Origin: Amphiscolops sp. MND2022
Lineage: Eukaryota
Length of the DNA stretch: 64,000 nucleotides
Assembly: GCA_964187785.1 (NCBI GenBank)
Contig: OZ076421.1
Location: 8,122,001 to 8,186,000, forward strand
Direction of reading: 5' to 3'
In this document: positions 38,306 to 52,000 of the stretch, in pieces
Layout: every line of letters begins with the position of its first letter
Numbering within the stretch: the first letter of the stretch is position 1
Position numbers and translations under genes: made by a program
The notes under the pieces: model-generated
Seen by the model: the letters and a program-made list of their open reading frames with translations, nothing else
What the model was told of the DNA's origin: nothing
Databases searched by the model: none

Positions 38306-38626
38306 AGCAAGTCTGAAAAGTACTATACCATAACATCAACGGGATTAAAACGAAGACGTGGCGTAAAACCGACGAAACTATTAATATGAAGTATTATTAT
38401 TATGACGTAATTGAAGTCATTCAGTCTGCCAGCTGAAAACTTCCTCAATCACGCGAGCGGCGTGAACAATATACGAGTAAAGGAATTACCAGTTAAACGT
38501 TTCAACTATTCCCAATGCAATTGACAACACAACTACTTTTATTCCACAGCTAACACTTAAATTGCTAGCAGCCTATCATTTCACAAAAATTACTACTATT
38601 CACGCAATTACAATCAAGAAGGAACA

Positions 38627-39251
38627 ATGCAGACACCAGAATTTGATTTATCCAGCGACTGATTTATTCTGGAGCGCGATCAGGATGAATACCTGAAATT
38701 GCCTCAAGCTCAATCTACTCCTACTATCAAACTATCTCCGCAGAGCGGCTCCCCCCCCCAGCCGAAATACATGATCTATATGAGATGATAAAGACTGAAG
38801 AAGAACTTTTGGTTTTACATCATGATACAGCGCCAGTGGCTATTCAATCTACGGCGAACGAAGACGGCCCGACTATTCGACGGTTTACCAGGGACAACCC
38901 TGTGATTCAAGACAGCATGGATATCAGTCCACCCCGAAATTATTACGAGATGGACAGCTGGTTATTCGCTCCGAGTGATGGAACAGTCAGCCCCATTTCG
39001 AGCTATTCTAGCTCAATTGGCTCTTTTTCAGGGAGCGACTGGACGGCTGACTCGTCTTGGTTTTCATACGACTCTTTGGTACAATCCGTTTTCCAACCAC
39101 CTATTTCATCGCCGTTCAGGTCAATTTCTCCACTTTCTCCCATACCAAGCGTCCCTTAGAGGAACGCCTGAGGAGGGAAGCAAGTAAATCGACCAGATAA
39201 GGTCAGAAATGCCATAACAAACCTAAGAAGGAAAACCAACAAACAGCCTAA
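38627..39251 (+). pseudogene. Sense Ser/Pro-rich accessory ORF with basic C-terminus extending into the 3' LTR
   Basis: MQTPEF..., ORF 38785-39159, then EERLRREA..KCHNKPKK in the LTR; two frameshifts. Confidence 0.5.
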
Positions 39252-41012
39252 TATTATCAAATTAACATGTAAATGTCCATTTTTTACCATCGTGCTGTAC
39301 CTGAAATACATAGATATGTAAATAACTATAAAGAAATAACAGGCGCAGTATTTGCTCAGTCAATTAACCAGCGCGCCGACCGAAATTAATTCGATCAACG
39401 CGTTGACTGGGGACTTGCCTCAACGGCAGTAGTAATTTTAAAAAATTCAGTCTGTATTGACCAATCTGAATTGAGCGCACTTGAAGCTACTAGTGAATTC
39501 GAGTTAACGTCTCAGGCAGCAATACCAGTCGACTGAAGCTGGGACGCACGCTCAGTCGCACTGCCTGAATATACTGATGCAACCAATCGACGCTAAGTTT
39601 TAAATGAAAATTCACGACTTAAAAGAAGTCAAATACCAAGAGGGTGTCCAATGAACACTTGATGTATTCAATGTTTTTGATGTATTTAATTCACCTCGTG
39701 TTTGAGTCAACCTCCCAGGCAAAGTGCTAAATTTCCTAAGTAAAACGACAGCCTGGGTGGGCGACCAAAATATTTGAGTAATATATAACATTTGGTTATC
39801 TCATTCGCGAAGCTGTCCTCTTTAGACGTATTGATTGATAATATTATAGTGAAATAAACCCCCCAGTGCTAATATTCACCTCACATGCATCGTTCAGTTC
39901 AAAAACAAATGAGTCAACCACCTTGTCAACTGGCCAGACGACCCAAAATGAAACGCGTTGCCTGGCGTTCATCCAGGATTTTAATTGTTTGTTTCAGCCT
40001 AAAACACCGATTAACGGCTATAAATGTCAGATTAAAAGAAAATCAGTGCTGTTAATTTGTAATACCGAAGTATTTTCCTGGTTTGTTTATTAGTAAAGTT
40101 TGGGAATATTCGAAGTAAATTTCACTTTCCTTTCCCACTTCAGTAGCTAGATTCTTGAACTTTCAGTGCCAACTTTGGTTCGGCGTCTTGGATTGGCGGG
40201 AAATGAAGAAGGAAGTAACGCGGAATCGGGACTTCGGCAGGAAGTTGATTCCCACATTTCATTTAAAGTGAGTTGACGCTGAAAGCCGAGTCCCGAGGAA
40301 GCGGACCTAATTTGGATTTTCCTGCCTCGGGTTGACGCCGAGCTGAACGAGGTGTGAATTCACGCGCGGGATTAATCCCGCGTGTCTAGCGGAAAGTATA
40401 TATACCTGAGGCGGGTTAAGGAGAGGACCAGTTTTATTTTGTGATTTTACGAACCGTTCGCCTGTAATTTTGATCATTGTTTTCATAACGTTATTTTAAT
40501 GACAATTCTTGCTCTTTTAAATTGTTTGTCAATAATCACTGCATTTGTACCGTCCGAAGTTTGGATTCTATTTGTTTAATCAACTGTCCCCACTTGGGAA
40601 TAACTTGAAACTATTAATCTTCAGAAAAGACCTAATTCAATTGTTCCAAGCCTCTCACACTTTCTTGAAAATGCCTGAAAAGACACAAAAAAGGAAATTA
40701 AGAAGTGATCAAACTACCAGTCAGGAAGAGGTTGGAATTACAACCACCCGGATGACGAAAATGTCACTCTTACTGAGCAGGATTTCGATGATATTTCTAG
40801 CAAAGTTGAAAAACGTTTGTCAAAACGATTGAGAGATACCGAGTTCGGACAAAGAGAGATCTTGAAGTTCATTGAGAACCTCACGTCTAAAGTAGATAGT
40901 CTTTCAAACCCTGCCTCTGAACAGTGTAGTTCCGCCTTGCGTTTTGACTTTGACACCGATCCGGTGAATGACTCAGGAAATGAAAATGCTATTAGGAACG
41001 TCGGTACCAACA
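39158..41012 (+). repeat. E2 3' LTR, lacking the first 38 bp and the PPT
   Basis: Alignment to the 5' LTR starts at AGAGGAACGCC. Confidence 0.9.
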
Positions 41013-41081
41013 ATGACCTTTGGTGCAACTAATCAGCTATCCAATTTCAATTCCTCCCATTCATTTCAACACTCATAAACT

Positions 41082-44000
41082 CCCTCTAAAATTGCTGGGT
41101 CGGTGTGTGAGAAACAAAGTTGTTAAAATAACAATGGATTTCAAAATAACTTGGTCGAAATACAATGCTAAGGCTTTGAGATTCATTCATGAACAAATAC
41201 GGATCGGCGTTTGAGCCTGCAACGGTTCAGTGAACACAAAATGGCAGCTATAATAAAGTAATTACATGAACTTTAGCACCGATTATGCAATGTTTATCGA
41301 TAGTGCGTACAATTAAATGTCGATCAAATTGATTATTTCAGAACAAAAAGTCAGCTGTCAATCAATATGACATGTCAGTCATTTTTACAAGTCAAATAAA
41401 TTCAGAGGGCAAAAGTTTTGTGTTTTTGTTTTATGGTTATCCAAAAATGCGAATCGGTTCGCCCGAACCGTCTTTTGGCGGGTTCGAAAACTCATCTATA
41501 ACGAGAAGGTCATTGTTCATACCGAAGGCATTGGTATTTAAACTAGGTGAAACACGATTTTCATATTTTGATGACAAACAATATTCAACATTCTCCGCCC
41601 CGGAAAGTGTCGGCTCAAACAAAGGTACAAATTTTATCAGGGGTATCGTATAGGTTCGAAATTTCGAAGTCAAAATTGCGGATCGTGCAATCCCGTCTGA
41701 ACTATAATTTAGCCAGTCGATTCACGCAGTAGGGTAATGGCCTCTGGGATTGGACGCTTCAACTATCCAGACAAGATCGCCTGGGTTCAGGGCTCTGCTG
41801 CGATTAAGTAGGAGAATGTACTCTTTAAACCACCGGAACTAAATTGCATTAGCGTAGAATTGTGCCCGCGCGTACTGTTTCCGATGGTTGAAGTCAATTG
41901 CGAAGGTAGTTCAGTCGACAGAAGAGGAAATAATTGGGCGTCAAGGCATCTGTGTCATTTGGATCAGAGCTCACTGAGGTTATTGGTCGTGCGTTCAAAG
42001 TCTGTTCGACCAAACAGAAGACGGTCAGGAGGATTTCATCGATGAAACGACGGTCGCCAAGGATGGCGTAGAAGACCCGTTTACAACTGAGGACTAAACG
42101 CTGCCACGATCCCCTTGGTGATGTGTACCAGGGGGTTAAATTTCCAAGTAATTTTTTGTGAACCAGAAGTTCGGGTGCTTGCTCATTCCATTTTCTAATG
42201 TTCCCGACGAAATTCGTACCGTTGTCTGACCAAAATACGGACGGTGTTCCGCGGCGCGCGGCAAATCTGAGTATTCCCATGACACACGAATTGGTGTCTA
42301 GAGAAGGGACGACTTCTAGGTGTACGGCTTGGGTCGTCAAGCACGTGAAATAGAAACCCCATCGCTTCTCGCTAGATCGGCGTACTGTCAAGAAAAGCGG
42401 GCCAAAATAATCCACACCTGTCATTGTAAAAGGTGGCTTTTGGAACAAAAGTCGCTCTTTCGGAAGGTCTGCCATCATAGGAGATAACGTCTCAGCTTTT
42501 TTACGACGACACACCAGACAGGAACTTTCAGTTTTACGCAGGGTGTTCCTCATTTTGTGAACGCATAGTGTTGTTGGACTTGAACCCGCATGACGTCCAC
42601 ACCTGGGGTGTAATGCAAATCATGCAGGAGTAACCAATAGAGTAACAAATGGACAAGCCTGTGTCGACCGTCTACAATGATTGGATGCTTGACATCGTAA
42701 GTGATTTCGCTCAGACGTTTGACACGACCAGTGGATCGCATTAGGCAGTTAGCACTAATGAACGGTGAATAGGCTATAAACACGGCTTTTCGGTTGGAGA
42801 TGTTTTCCAACAAGGAAATTTTTCACTTCAAGGTGGAACCGTTCACGTTGTGCCATTGACAATAACTTTGATTTAGCGAGAGAAAGTTCGGAATAGTCAA
42901 CAATCCTTCTGTTGGGAGTTCGGAAGTGACTATGTTTTGGGATGACGCGCAGAACATAAACCATAGTGCGCTGTAGTTTCTTGTAAGAACTGAAGTTCTC
43001 GCATTGGATTATTTTCGGCGAACTTTCGGCTATCTCGGTGGAAGGTAAAGCGATTTCCTCGCCACCGCTTTTCAGATCGTTGAGAACAGCGTTTTCAGGT
43101 TTGAAGAGCCAATCACATGACCGCAACAATGCAGACCCCAAAAGCCATCTGCTAGAATTGAGGGCTTCAGCGGAGAGGCCTCTAGTCCCAGCGTCGGCGG
43201 GGTTGACGGAGGAGCTAACATAATTCAACTGGTCTAAGGTTGTCAGTTCTAAAAGTTCACAAACTCTGTTCGCAATGAAAATGGGTTGCTTTTCAGTAGA
43301 TTGCAACCATTGCAAAACCGTGGTACCATCAGACCAAAGAAAAGTGTTATCGATCGGATGGGTGAGAGCTTGGTGAATTTTTGCACACAACCTAGGAGTG
43401 CAGCTTGCAGTTCCAATTTAGGGACTGTCAACGACTTCATGGGAGCTACATGGGCTTACCCGGTGACAAACGACAAAAAAGGATTTCCGTTGGTGGCTAC
43501 ACGCGGCCTTCCCAGTAAAAAAGCAAGGCGACAGCGCTGAAGAACTCCTGTGAGTTGTCCCCAAATACGTGCAATTCAATTTGATCAACAACAACGGGAA
43601 AATAGCTACGGGGATTGTCATTTCGCTTAGACGCGGTAACTCGTTTATCCACTCAGTAATCCACTCAGAGTAATGTTCTGGGCTGTGTCAGTTGAGAATT
43701 GGTCATCCCATTGTTGACCAGAAACGCGCCAAAGCTGCGACAAGCCCAATGGTGTCAAAAACAGCAGCAAGTAGGCTTAGCACAGCTCGCTGTGTTAGAG
43801 TGGAGGGGACGTCTTCATTTATTCCTCGACTGACGACGAGGCTGTCACTTGAATGATCCCACTTCAGCCCAAGCACGTGGGAGGAAGTGCCCAAATGTCT
43901 GAGATATTTTTGGTTTGTTCCGTGTCTGGAGATAACTCGCTCGCATTCAGTTCAGCAGTAAGTGCCGGATCATTACTTGCAAACTTGAGTTTGAAGCCTC

Positions 44001-46964
44001 CTTTGGCAAGCACCTCAACTAGATCTTTCGACCGCTTTAGGGCTAGTTCAGGAGTGGGGAGTGAATCCAAGTAGTCGCCCATGTAAAATTTGAGTGTCAC
44101 AGCACGAGCTGCGTCATTAAAAGACACTGCATTATCGGCGGTGGTTCTCTGTAGCGCATGGTTTGCGCACGTGGGGGAGGCTTTTGCCCCAGTTATGTGT
44201 CGCACATATTGGTAAACCACAATGTCGTCGTTGGGGTCATCCCGCCACAAAAATCGAATGAATGGCTGATCTTGTTCCAAAACACCGACTTGAAGGAACA
44301 TCATGATGCCTTTGATATCAGCGGAAACGGCAAATCTATGCTCGCGAAAACGGAGTAGGGTATGCATTAAGTTTTGTAGCAGGTCGGGTCTTGTGAGGAG
44401 AGAGTTGTTCAGCGATGATTTCTGAAACTTGGCTGCGCCATTGAGAACGCGTCTCACTTTTGCAGGTTTATTGGGATTCACCACAAGATGGTGAGGAAGG
44501 TATCATTCACGTCGTGATCTTTTCGTGCGATCGTACGGAGGTACTTCAATGATGTAGCCGTTCGCGACGTCGGAAGAAATTGTCTCACGGTATCTATCGT
44601 TCAATACGGGGTCTTTTTCAAGCGACTTTAGTTGAACGAAAGCGGCATAATAGTTGTCCTGTAGGGCGTCATCATTAGCCCAAAGCAATCCCACTTGGTA
44701 GCGAGTACCGTCGTGGTACGTTGTGTCCTTCAGGATTTCCAGCGCTCGTTTGTCGGCAGTCGAACGCGGATCCACATGTTTGTTTCATCGCACCGAAAGA
44801 CTCGATGTCATACCAAGCGCAAAGCTGAGCCGGAAGTGAGTCGGGATTGGTATTCGCTTTGAAGCATGTGGCTATCAGACCGGAACTGGTTGGTAGAGGA
44901 CCGCTCAAGACCCATCCTAGAGGTAGAACGACTGCGACGGGGGAGTTTTTCAAATCGGACTCGAAATACTCCATCGGTCGGATAGCTTGAAACGCATCCT
45001 TTCGCGAATAAAACTCCACATCAGAGTAGCTGTATTTTTTGCCTTTTAACAGTGCAAAGTGTGGGTAAATGGATTGGACAGACGCAATATCGATGGCATC
45101 TGAGCCAGCGTTGATGTTGTCTTTCAGGTAGGGAGACAGTTAATAGGTCTCTCGTGATCCGTCGAGACTCGACAAATTCAGCTCTACCATTTCAGTATTA
45201 ACAACTTCTTGGGAGTTGATACCCTTTACTGTCGAACAAATGGGTCGGCCTTCGAGTTTCAGATCCTGGGCGTGCTTCCGTGTCATCCACGAATGACTAC
45301 ACGCCGAATCGCAGAGTGCCTCCGCTGTTTGTGAACCATTGGAGCTGGATAGATTCACTTTGACTATCTCCAGTGGTCTCTTCACATCGGACTTGGACGC
45401 AAGGGTGACTGAAGTCAGAGAAAAAATGCAGTCATGAGGATTTTGGGTGGATGATTCACTGGAGTTGTTCAAGCTCTGGCTCTGTTCAACGGGTTTTGTT
45501 CGGCTCGGGAAAATGCGTTCGGCTGCTTGTAAAAGAGTATTATGACTACTTGCGCATCCTTCCTTCGTACACTTACGTGGATTCGGACATTGGCGGAAAC
45601 TATGCTCGTCGTTTAGGTATTAAAAGCACAGTTTGTGTTGAGCAATTATTTTTGCTCTCTGCGTCGGTTTTTTTCTTTGAAGACTGCTTACCGCCATACT
45701 GGATGACGTCCTATGTAAGCGATACAAGGCTTGAACGTTTTGATAGGGACACTGTTCTTGACGGACTTTGTGTCTCTCGATGACTCGACATCGGAAGAAA
45801 ATTCCATCCAGATTTTTGGCTTATTTAGACAAGCTCGAAACCTACCACCTTGGGTCCACCTTGAGCAGACGCGTCCCTGCTTGCTGTTTTCTGGGTGGCT
45901 TGCATCCTGTCGTGGGCCTCTGACGTTTCTTGGAGCCAAGTTTTGAAATTGAGAAGTGTTGATCAATACAAGTTCCGCTTAACTGTGTGTAAAGACCACC
46001 CCACTCTCATATTAGGCGGCAATTTACTATTTGCTTGGTTCAAAAGTGAAGCACTGCAGAGGTCGGATTCGTAAGACAGTGACTGAAACACATTGACAAG
46101 GCTACTGATTGTGTAAGCGTAGCCTATGATACTTTTAGAACTATGCATCTTTACAGCAGGGTACGTTTCGAGCTTGTCTAAATAAGCCCCCACAACAGCT
46201 TGTGGCTGACAGAATTTTTTCTCCAATGTTTTCAATGCTTCAGTGTACATAGCGCCGCAGTATGTGAAGTTTGCGATGGCTGTTTTCGATATTCCAGTTA
46301 CCAAGGTTTCGAGATATGTTAACTTCACATCTTGACTCAATCGAGTCGAATCTACAGCGGAACGAAATTGTCCATACCACTCATGCCAGTTCAGTGGGTT
46401 TCCGTCATACGTATCCAATTTCCACTCAGGGAGAGGATCTTTCCTGCTTATTGTGAGCAGTTCTGCTTGGTCTTTTATTGTCATCTTGGTATTCAACCCT
46501 AGCTGGCTGATTTGCAAACTTTGCGGCTGTACACATGGCTAGAAATTCACAAGGTTTGCCTTCGTTCCCGCTCCAGTGTTTGATGAGCCAGGTAATGTAG
46601 GATACACAGTACCGATCTGGGTTACAGGGACGTATGTTGTTGCTCTCGTAGGTGCTATTGTCAGTACGATACATATGCCGCAAAAGTGGAGTTTATCATC
46701 AAGTGTAAAGTGTATTTTCCGTAAAACGAGAGCGAACCGTATTCTAGTCAAACAGTGCATAGTGTAAAGTTCACTAGTGTACAGTGTACAGTGCATAGTG
46801 TACAGTCCAAGTCACACCGTGTAACGAGCAAAAAAAGTAACGCGTGTTTGAAACAGTGACGCGTTTTTTTTGGCTGTTAATCGAACTAGCAAGATCTTGC
46901 TAGTTCGTTGCGGCATATGTATCGTAATTGTTGAAGCCGCTGCGATTGTAACTGGTTTCTGTGT
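41082..46964 (-). mobile_element. BEL/Pao element, 5'-truncated duplicate copy (3' LTR 41082-41590, PPT 41591-41601)
   Basis: LPEWKLDTYDGNPLNW (Gag), LCDSACSHSW (PR), SADIKG/FYMGDYLDS (RT), VPKLELQAA (RH), TGVDYFGP/SDNGTNFVG (IN); PPT GGGGCGGAGAA before TGTTG. Confidence 0.92.
46667..46924. mobile_element. 258-bp MITE in BEL gag
   Basis: Perfect 17-bp TIR CGATACATATGCCGCAA; TA on both flanks. Confidence 0.85.
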
Positions 46965-46967
46965 GCA

Positions 46968-48406
46968 ACTGATGCAACCAATCGACGCTAAGTTTTAAAT
47001 GAAAATTCACGACTTAAAAGAAGTCAAATACCAAGAGGGTGTCCAATGAACACTTGATGTATTCAATGTTTTTGATGTATTTAATTCACCTCGTGTTTGA
47101 GTCAACCTCCCAGGCAAAGTGCTAAATTTCCTAAGTAAAACGACAGCCTGGGTGGGCGACCAAAATATTTGAGTAATATATAACATTTGGTTATCTCATT
47201 CGCGAAGCTGTCCTCTTTAGACGTTTTGATTGATAATATTATAGTGAAATAAACCCCCCAGTGCTAATATTCACCTCACATGCATCGTTTAGTTCAATAA
47301 CAAATGAGTCAACCACCTTGTCAACTGGCCAGACGACCCAAAATGAAACGCGTTGCCTGGCGTTCATCCAGGATTTTAATTGTTTGTTTCAGCCTAAAAC
47401 ACCGATTAACGGCTATAATTGTCTGATTAAAAGAAAATCAGTGCTGTTAATTTGTAATACCGAAGTATTTTCCTGGTTTGTTTATTAGTAAAGTTTGGGA
47501 ATATTCGAAGTAAATTTCACTTTCCTTTCCCACTTCAGTAGCTAGATTCTTGAACTTTCAGTGCCAACTTTGGTTCGGCGTCTTGAATTGGCGGGAAATG
47601 AAGAAGGAAGTAACGCGGAATCGGGACTTCGGCAGGAAGTTGATTCCCACATTTCATTTAAAGTGAGTTGACGCTGAAAGCCGAGTCCCGAGGAAGCGGA
47701 CCTAATTTGGATTTTCCTGCCTCGGATTGATGCCGAGCTGAACGAGGTGTGAATTCACGCGCGGGATTAATCCCGCGTGTCTAGCGGAAAGTATATATAC
47801 CTTTGGCGGGTTAAGGAGAGGACCAGTTTTATTTTGTGATTTTACGAACCGTTCGCCTGTAATTTTGATCATTGTTTTCATAACGTTATTTTTATGACAA
47901 TTCTTGCTCTTTTAAATTGTTTGTCAATAATCACTGCATTTGTACCGTCCGAAGTTTGGATACTATTTGTTTAATCAACTGTCCCCACTTGGGAATAACT
48001 TGAAACTATTAATCTTCAGAAAAGACCTAATTCAATTGTTCCAAGCCTGAACACTTTCTTGAAAATGCCTGAAAAGACTCAAAAAAGGAAATTAAGAAGT
48101 GATCAAACTACCAGTCAGGAAGAGGTTGGAATTACAACCACCCGGATGACGAAAATGTCACTCTTACTGAGCAGGATTTCGATGATATTTCTAGCAAAGT
48201 TGAAAAACGTTTGTCAAAACGATTGAGAGATACCGAATTCGGACAAAGAGAGATCTTGAAGTTCATTGAGAACCTCACGTCTAAAGTAGATAGTCTTTCA
48301 AACCCTGCCTCTGAACAGTGTAGTTCCGCCTTGCGTTTTGACTTTGACACCGATCCGGTGAATGACTCAGGAAATGAAAATGCTATTAGGAACGTCGGTA
48401 CCAACA
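46968..48406 (+). repeat. Partial duplicate of the E2 3' LTR
   Basis: Matches 39573-41012 and is followed by the same ATGAC flank. Confidence 0.92.
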
Positions 48407-49099
48407 ATGACCTTTGGTGCATTTAATCAGCTATCCAATTTCAATTCCTCCCATTCATTTCAAAACTCATAAACTCCCTCTAAAATTGCTGGGTCGGTGT
48501 GTGAGAAACAAAGTTGTTAAAATAACAATGGATTTCAAAATAACTTGGTCGAAATACAATGCTAAAGCTTTGAGATTCATTCATGAACAAATACGGATCG
48601 GCGTTTGAGCCTGCAACGGTTCAGTGAACACAAAATGGCAGCTATAATAAAGTAATTACATGAACTTTAGCACCGATTATGCAATGTTTATCAATAGTGC
48701 GTACAATTAAATGTCGATCAAATTGATTATTTCAGAACAAAAAGTCAGCTGTCAATCAATATGACATGTCAGTCATTTTTACATGTCAAATAAATTCAGA
48801 GGGCAAAAGTTTTGTGTTTTTGTTTTATGGTTATTCAAAAATGCGAATCGGTTCGCCCGAACCGTCTTTTGGCGGGTTCGAAAACTCATCTATAACGAGA
48901 AGGTCATTGTTCATACCGAAGGCATTGGTATTTAAACTAGGTGAAACACGATTTTCATATTTTGATGACAAACAATATTCAACATTCTCCGCCCCGGAAA
49001 GTGTCGGCTCAAACAAAGGTACAAGTTTTATCAGGGGTCTCGTATAGGTTCGAAATTCGAAGTCAAAATTGCGGATCGTGCAATCCCGTCTGAACCATA

Positions 49100-52000
49100 A
49101 TTTAGCCAGTCGATTCGCGCAGTAGGGTAATGGCCTCTGGGATTGGACGCTTCAACTATCCAGACAAGATCGCCTGGGTTCAGGGCTCTGCTGCGATTAA
49201 GTAGGAGAATGTACTCTTTAAACCACCGGAACTAAATTGCATTAGCGTAGAATTGTGCCCGCGCGTACTGTTTCCGATGGTTGAAGTCTATTGCGAAGGT
49301 AGTTCAGTCGACAGAAGAGGAAATAATTGGGCGTCAAGGCATCTGTGTCATTTGGATCAGAGCTCACTGAGGTTATTGGTCGTGCGTTCAAAGTCTGTTC
49401 GACCAAACAGAAGACGGTCAGGAGGATTTCATCGATGAAACGACGGTCGCCAAGGATGGCGTAGAAGACCCGTTTACAACTGAGGACTAAACGCTGCCAC
49501 GATCCCCTTGGTGATGTGTACCAGGGGGTTAAATTTCCAAGTAATTTTTTGTGAACCAGAAGTTCGGGTGCTTGCTCATTCCATTTTCTAATGTTCCCGA
49601 CGAAATTCGTACCGTTGTCTGACCAAAATACGGACGGTGTTCCGCGGCGCGCGGCAAATCTGAGTATTCCCATGACACACGAATTGGTGTCTAGAGAAGG
49701 GACGACTTCTAGGTGTACGGCTTGGGTCGTCAAGCACGTGAAATAGAAACCCCATCGCTTCTCGCTAGATCGGCGTACTGTCAAGAAAAGCGGGCCAAAA
49801 TAATCCACACCTGTCATTGTAAAAGGTGGCTTTTGGAACAAAAGTCGCTCTTTCGGAAGGTCTGCCATCATAGGAGATAACGTCTCAGCTTTTTTACGAC
49901 GACACACCAGACAGGAACTTTCAGTTTTACGCAGGGTGTTCCTCATTTTGTGAACGCATAGTGTTGTTGGACTTGAACCCGCATGACGTCCACACCTGCG
50001 GTGTAATGCAAATCATGCAGGAGTAACCAATAGAGTAACAAATTGACAAGCCTGTGTCGACCGTCTACAATGATTGGATGCTTGACATCGTAAGTGATTT
50101 CGCTCAGACGTTTGACACGACCAGTGGATCGCATTAGGCAGTTAGCACTAATGAACGGTGAATAGGCTATAAACACGGCTTTTCGGTTGGAGATGTTATC
50201 CAACAAGGAAATTTTTCACTTCAAGGTGGAACCGTTCACGTTGTGCCATTAACAATAACTTTGATTTAGCGAGAGAAAGTTCGGAATAGTCAACAATCCT
50301 TCTGTTGGGAGTTCGGAAGTGACTATGTTTTGGGATGACGCGCAGAACATAAACCATAGTGCGCTGTAGTTTCTTGTAAGAACTGAAGTTCTCGCATTGG
50401 ATTATTTTCGGCGAACTTTCGGCTATCTCGGTGGAAGGTAAAGCGATTTCCTCGCCACCCCTTTTCAGATCGTTGAGAACAGCGTTGTCAGGTTTGAAGA
50501 GCCAATCACATGACCGCAACAATGCAGGCCCCAAATGCCATCTGCTAGAATTGAGGGCTTCAGCGGAGAGGCCTCTAGTCCCAGCGTCGGCGGGGTTGAC
50601 GGAGGAGCTAACATAATTCAACTGGTCTAAGGTTGTCAGTTCTAAAATTTCACAAACTCTGTTCGCAATGAAAATGGGTTGCTTTTCAGTAGATTGCAAC
50701 CATTGCAAAACCGTGATACCATCAGACCAAAGAAAAGTGTTATCGATCGGATGGGTGAGAGCTTGGTGAATTTTTGCTACAACCTAGGAGTGCAGCTTGC
50801 AGTTCCAATTTAGGGACTGTCAACGACTTCATGGGAGCTACATGGGCTTACCCGGTGACAAACGACAAAAACGGATTTCCGTTGGTAGCTACACGCGGCC
50901 TTCCCAGTAAAAAAGCAAGGCGACAGCGCTGAAGAACTCCTGTGAGTTGTCCGCAAATACGTGCAATTCAATTTGATCAACAACAACGGGAAAATAGCTA
51001 CGGGGATTGTCATTTCGCTTAGACGCGGTAACTCGTTTATCCACTCAGTAATCCACTCAGAGTAATATTCTGGGCTGTGTCAGTTGAGAATTGGTCATCC
51101 CATTGTTGACCAGAAACGCGCCAAAGCTGCGACAAGCCCAATGGTGTCAAAAACAGCAGCAAGTAGGCTTAGCACAGCTCGCTGTGTTAGAGTGGAGGGG
51201 ACGTCTTCATTTATTCCTCGACTGACGACGAGGCTGTCACTTGAATGATCCCACTTCAGCCCAAGCACGTGGGAGGAAGTGCCCAAATGTCTGAGATATT
51301 TTTGGTTTGTTCCGTGTCTGGAGATAACTCGCTCGCATTCAGTTCAGCAGTAAGTGCCGGAACATTACTTGCAAACTTGGTGAGTTTGAAGCCTCCTTTG
51401 GCAAGCACCTCAACTAGATCCTTCGACCGCTTTAGGGCTAGTTCAGGAGTGGGGAGTGAATCCAAGTAGTCGCCCATGTAAAATTTGAGTGTCACAGCAC
51501 GAACTGCGTCATTAAAAGACACTGCATTATCGGCGGTGGTTCTCTGTAGCGCATGGTTTGCGCACGTGGGGGAGTCTTTTGCCCCAGTTATGTGTCGCAC
51601 ATATTGGTAAACCACAATTTCGTCGTTGGGGTCATCCCGCCACAAAAATCGAATGGATGGCTGATCTTGTTCCAAAACACCGACTTGAAGGAACATCATG
51701 ATGCCTTTGATATCAGCGGAAACGGCAAATCTATGCTCGCGAAAACGGAGTAGGGTATGCATTAAGTTTTGTAGCAGGTCGGGTCTTGTGAGGAGAGAGT
51801 TGTTCAGCGATGATTTCTGAAACTTGGCTGCACCATTGAGAACGCGTCTCACTTTTGCAGGTTTATTGGGATTCACCACAAGATGGTGAGGAAGGTATCA
51901 TTCACGTCGTGATCTTTTCGTGCGATCGTACGGAGGTACTTCAATGATGTAGCCGTTCGCGACGTCGGAAGAAATTGTCTCACGGTATCTATCATTCAAT

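Larger units (their letters stand above)
25639..41012 (+). mobile_element. Ty3/Gypsy element E2, 15.4 kb, with accessory genes
   Basis: TG...CA termini; perfect TSD ATGAC at 25634-25638 and 41013-41017; two LTRs; PBS; gag; pol. Confidence 0.93.

Noticed and set aside
34000-38620. Independent hAT DNA transposon inserted in E2
   Set aside because: No TIRs or 8-bp TSD found by eye, and catalytic residues appear replaced; treated as cargo, though not formally excluded.
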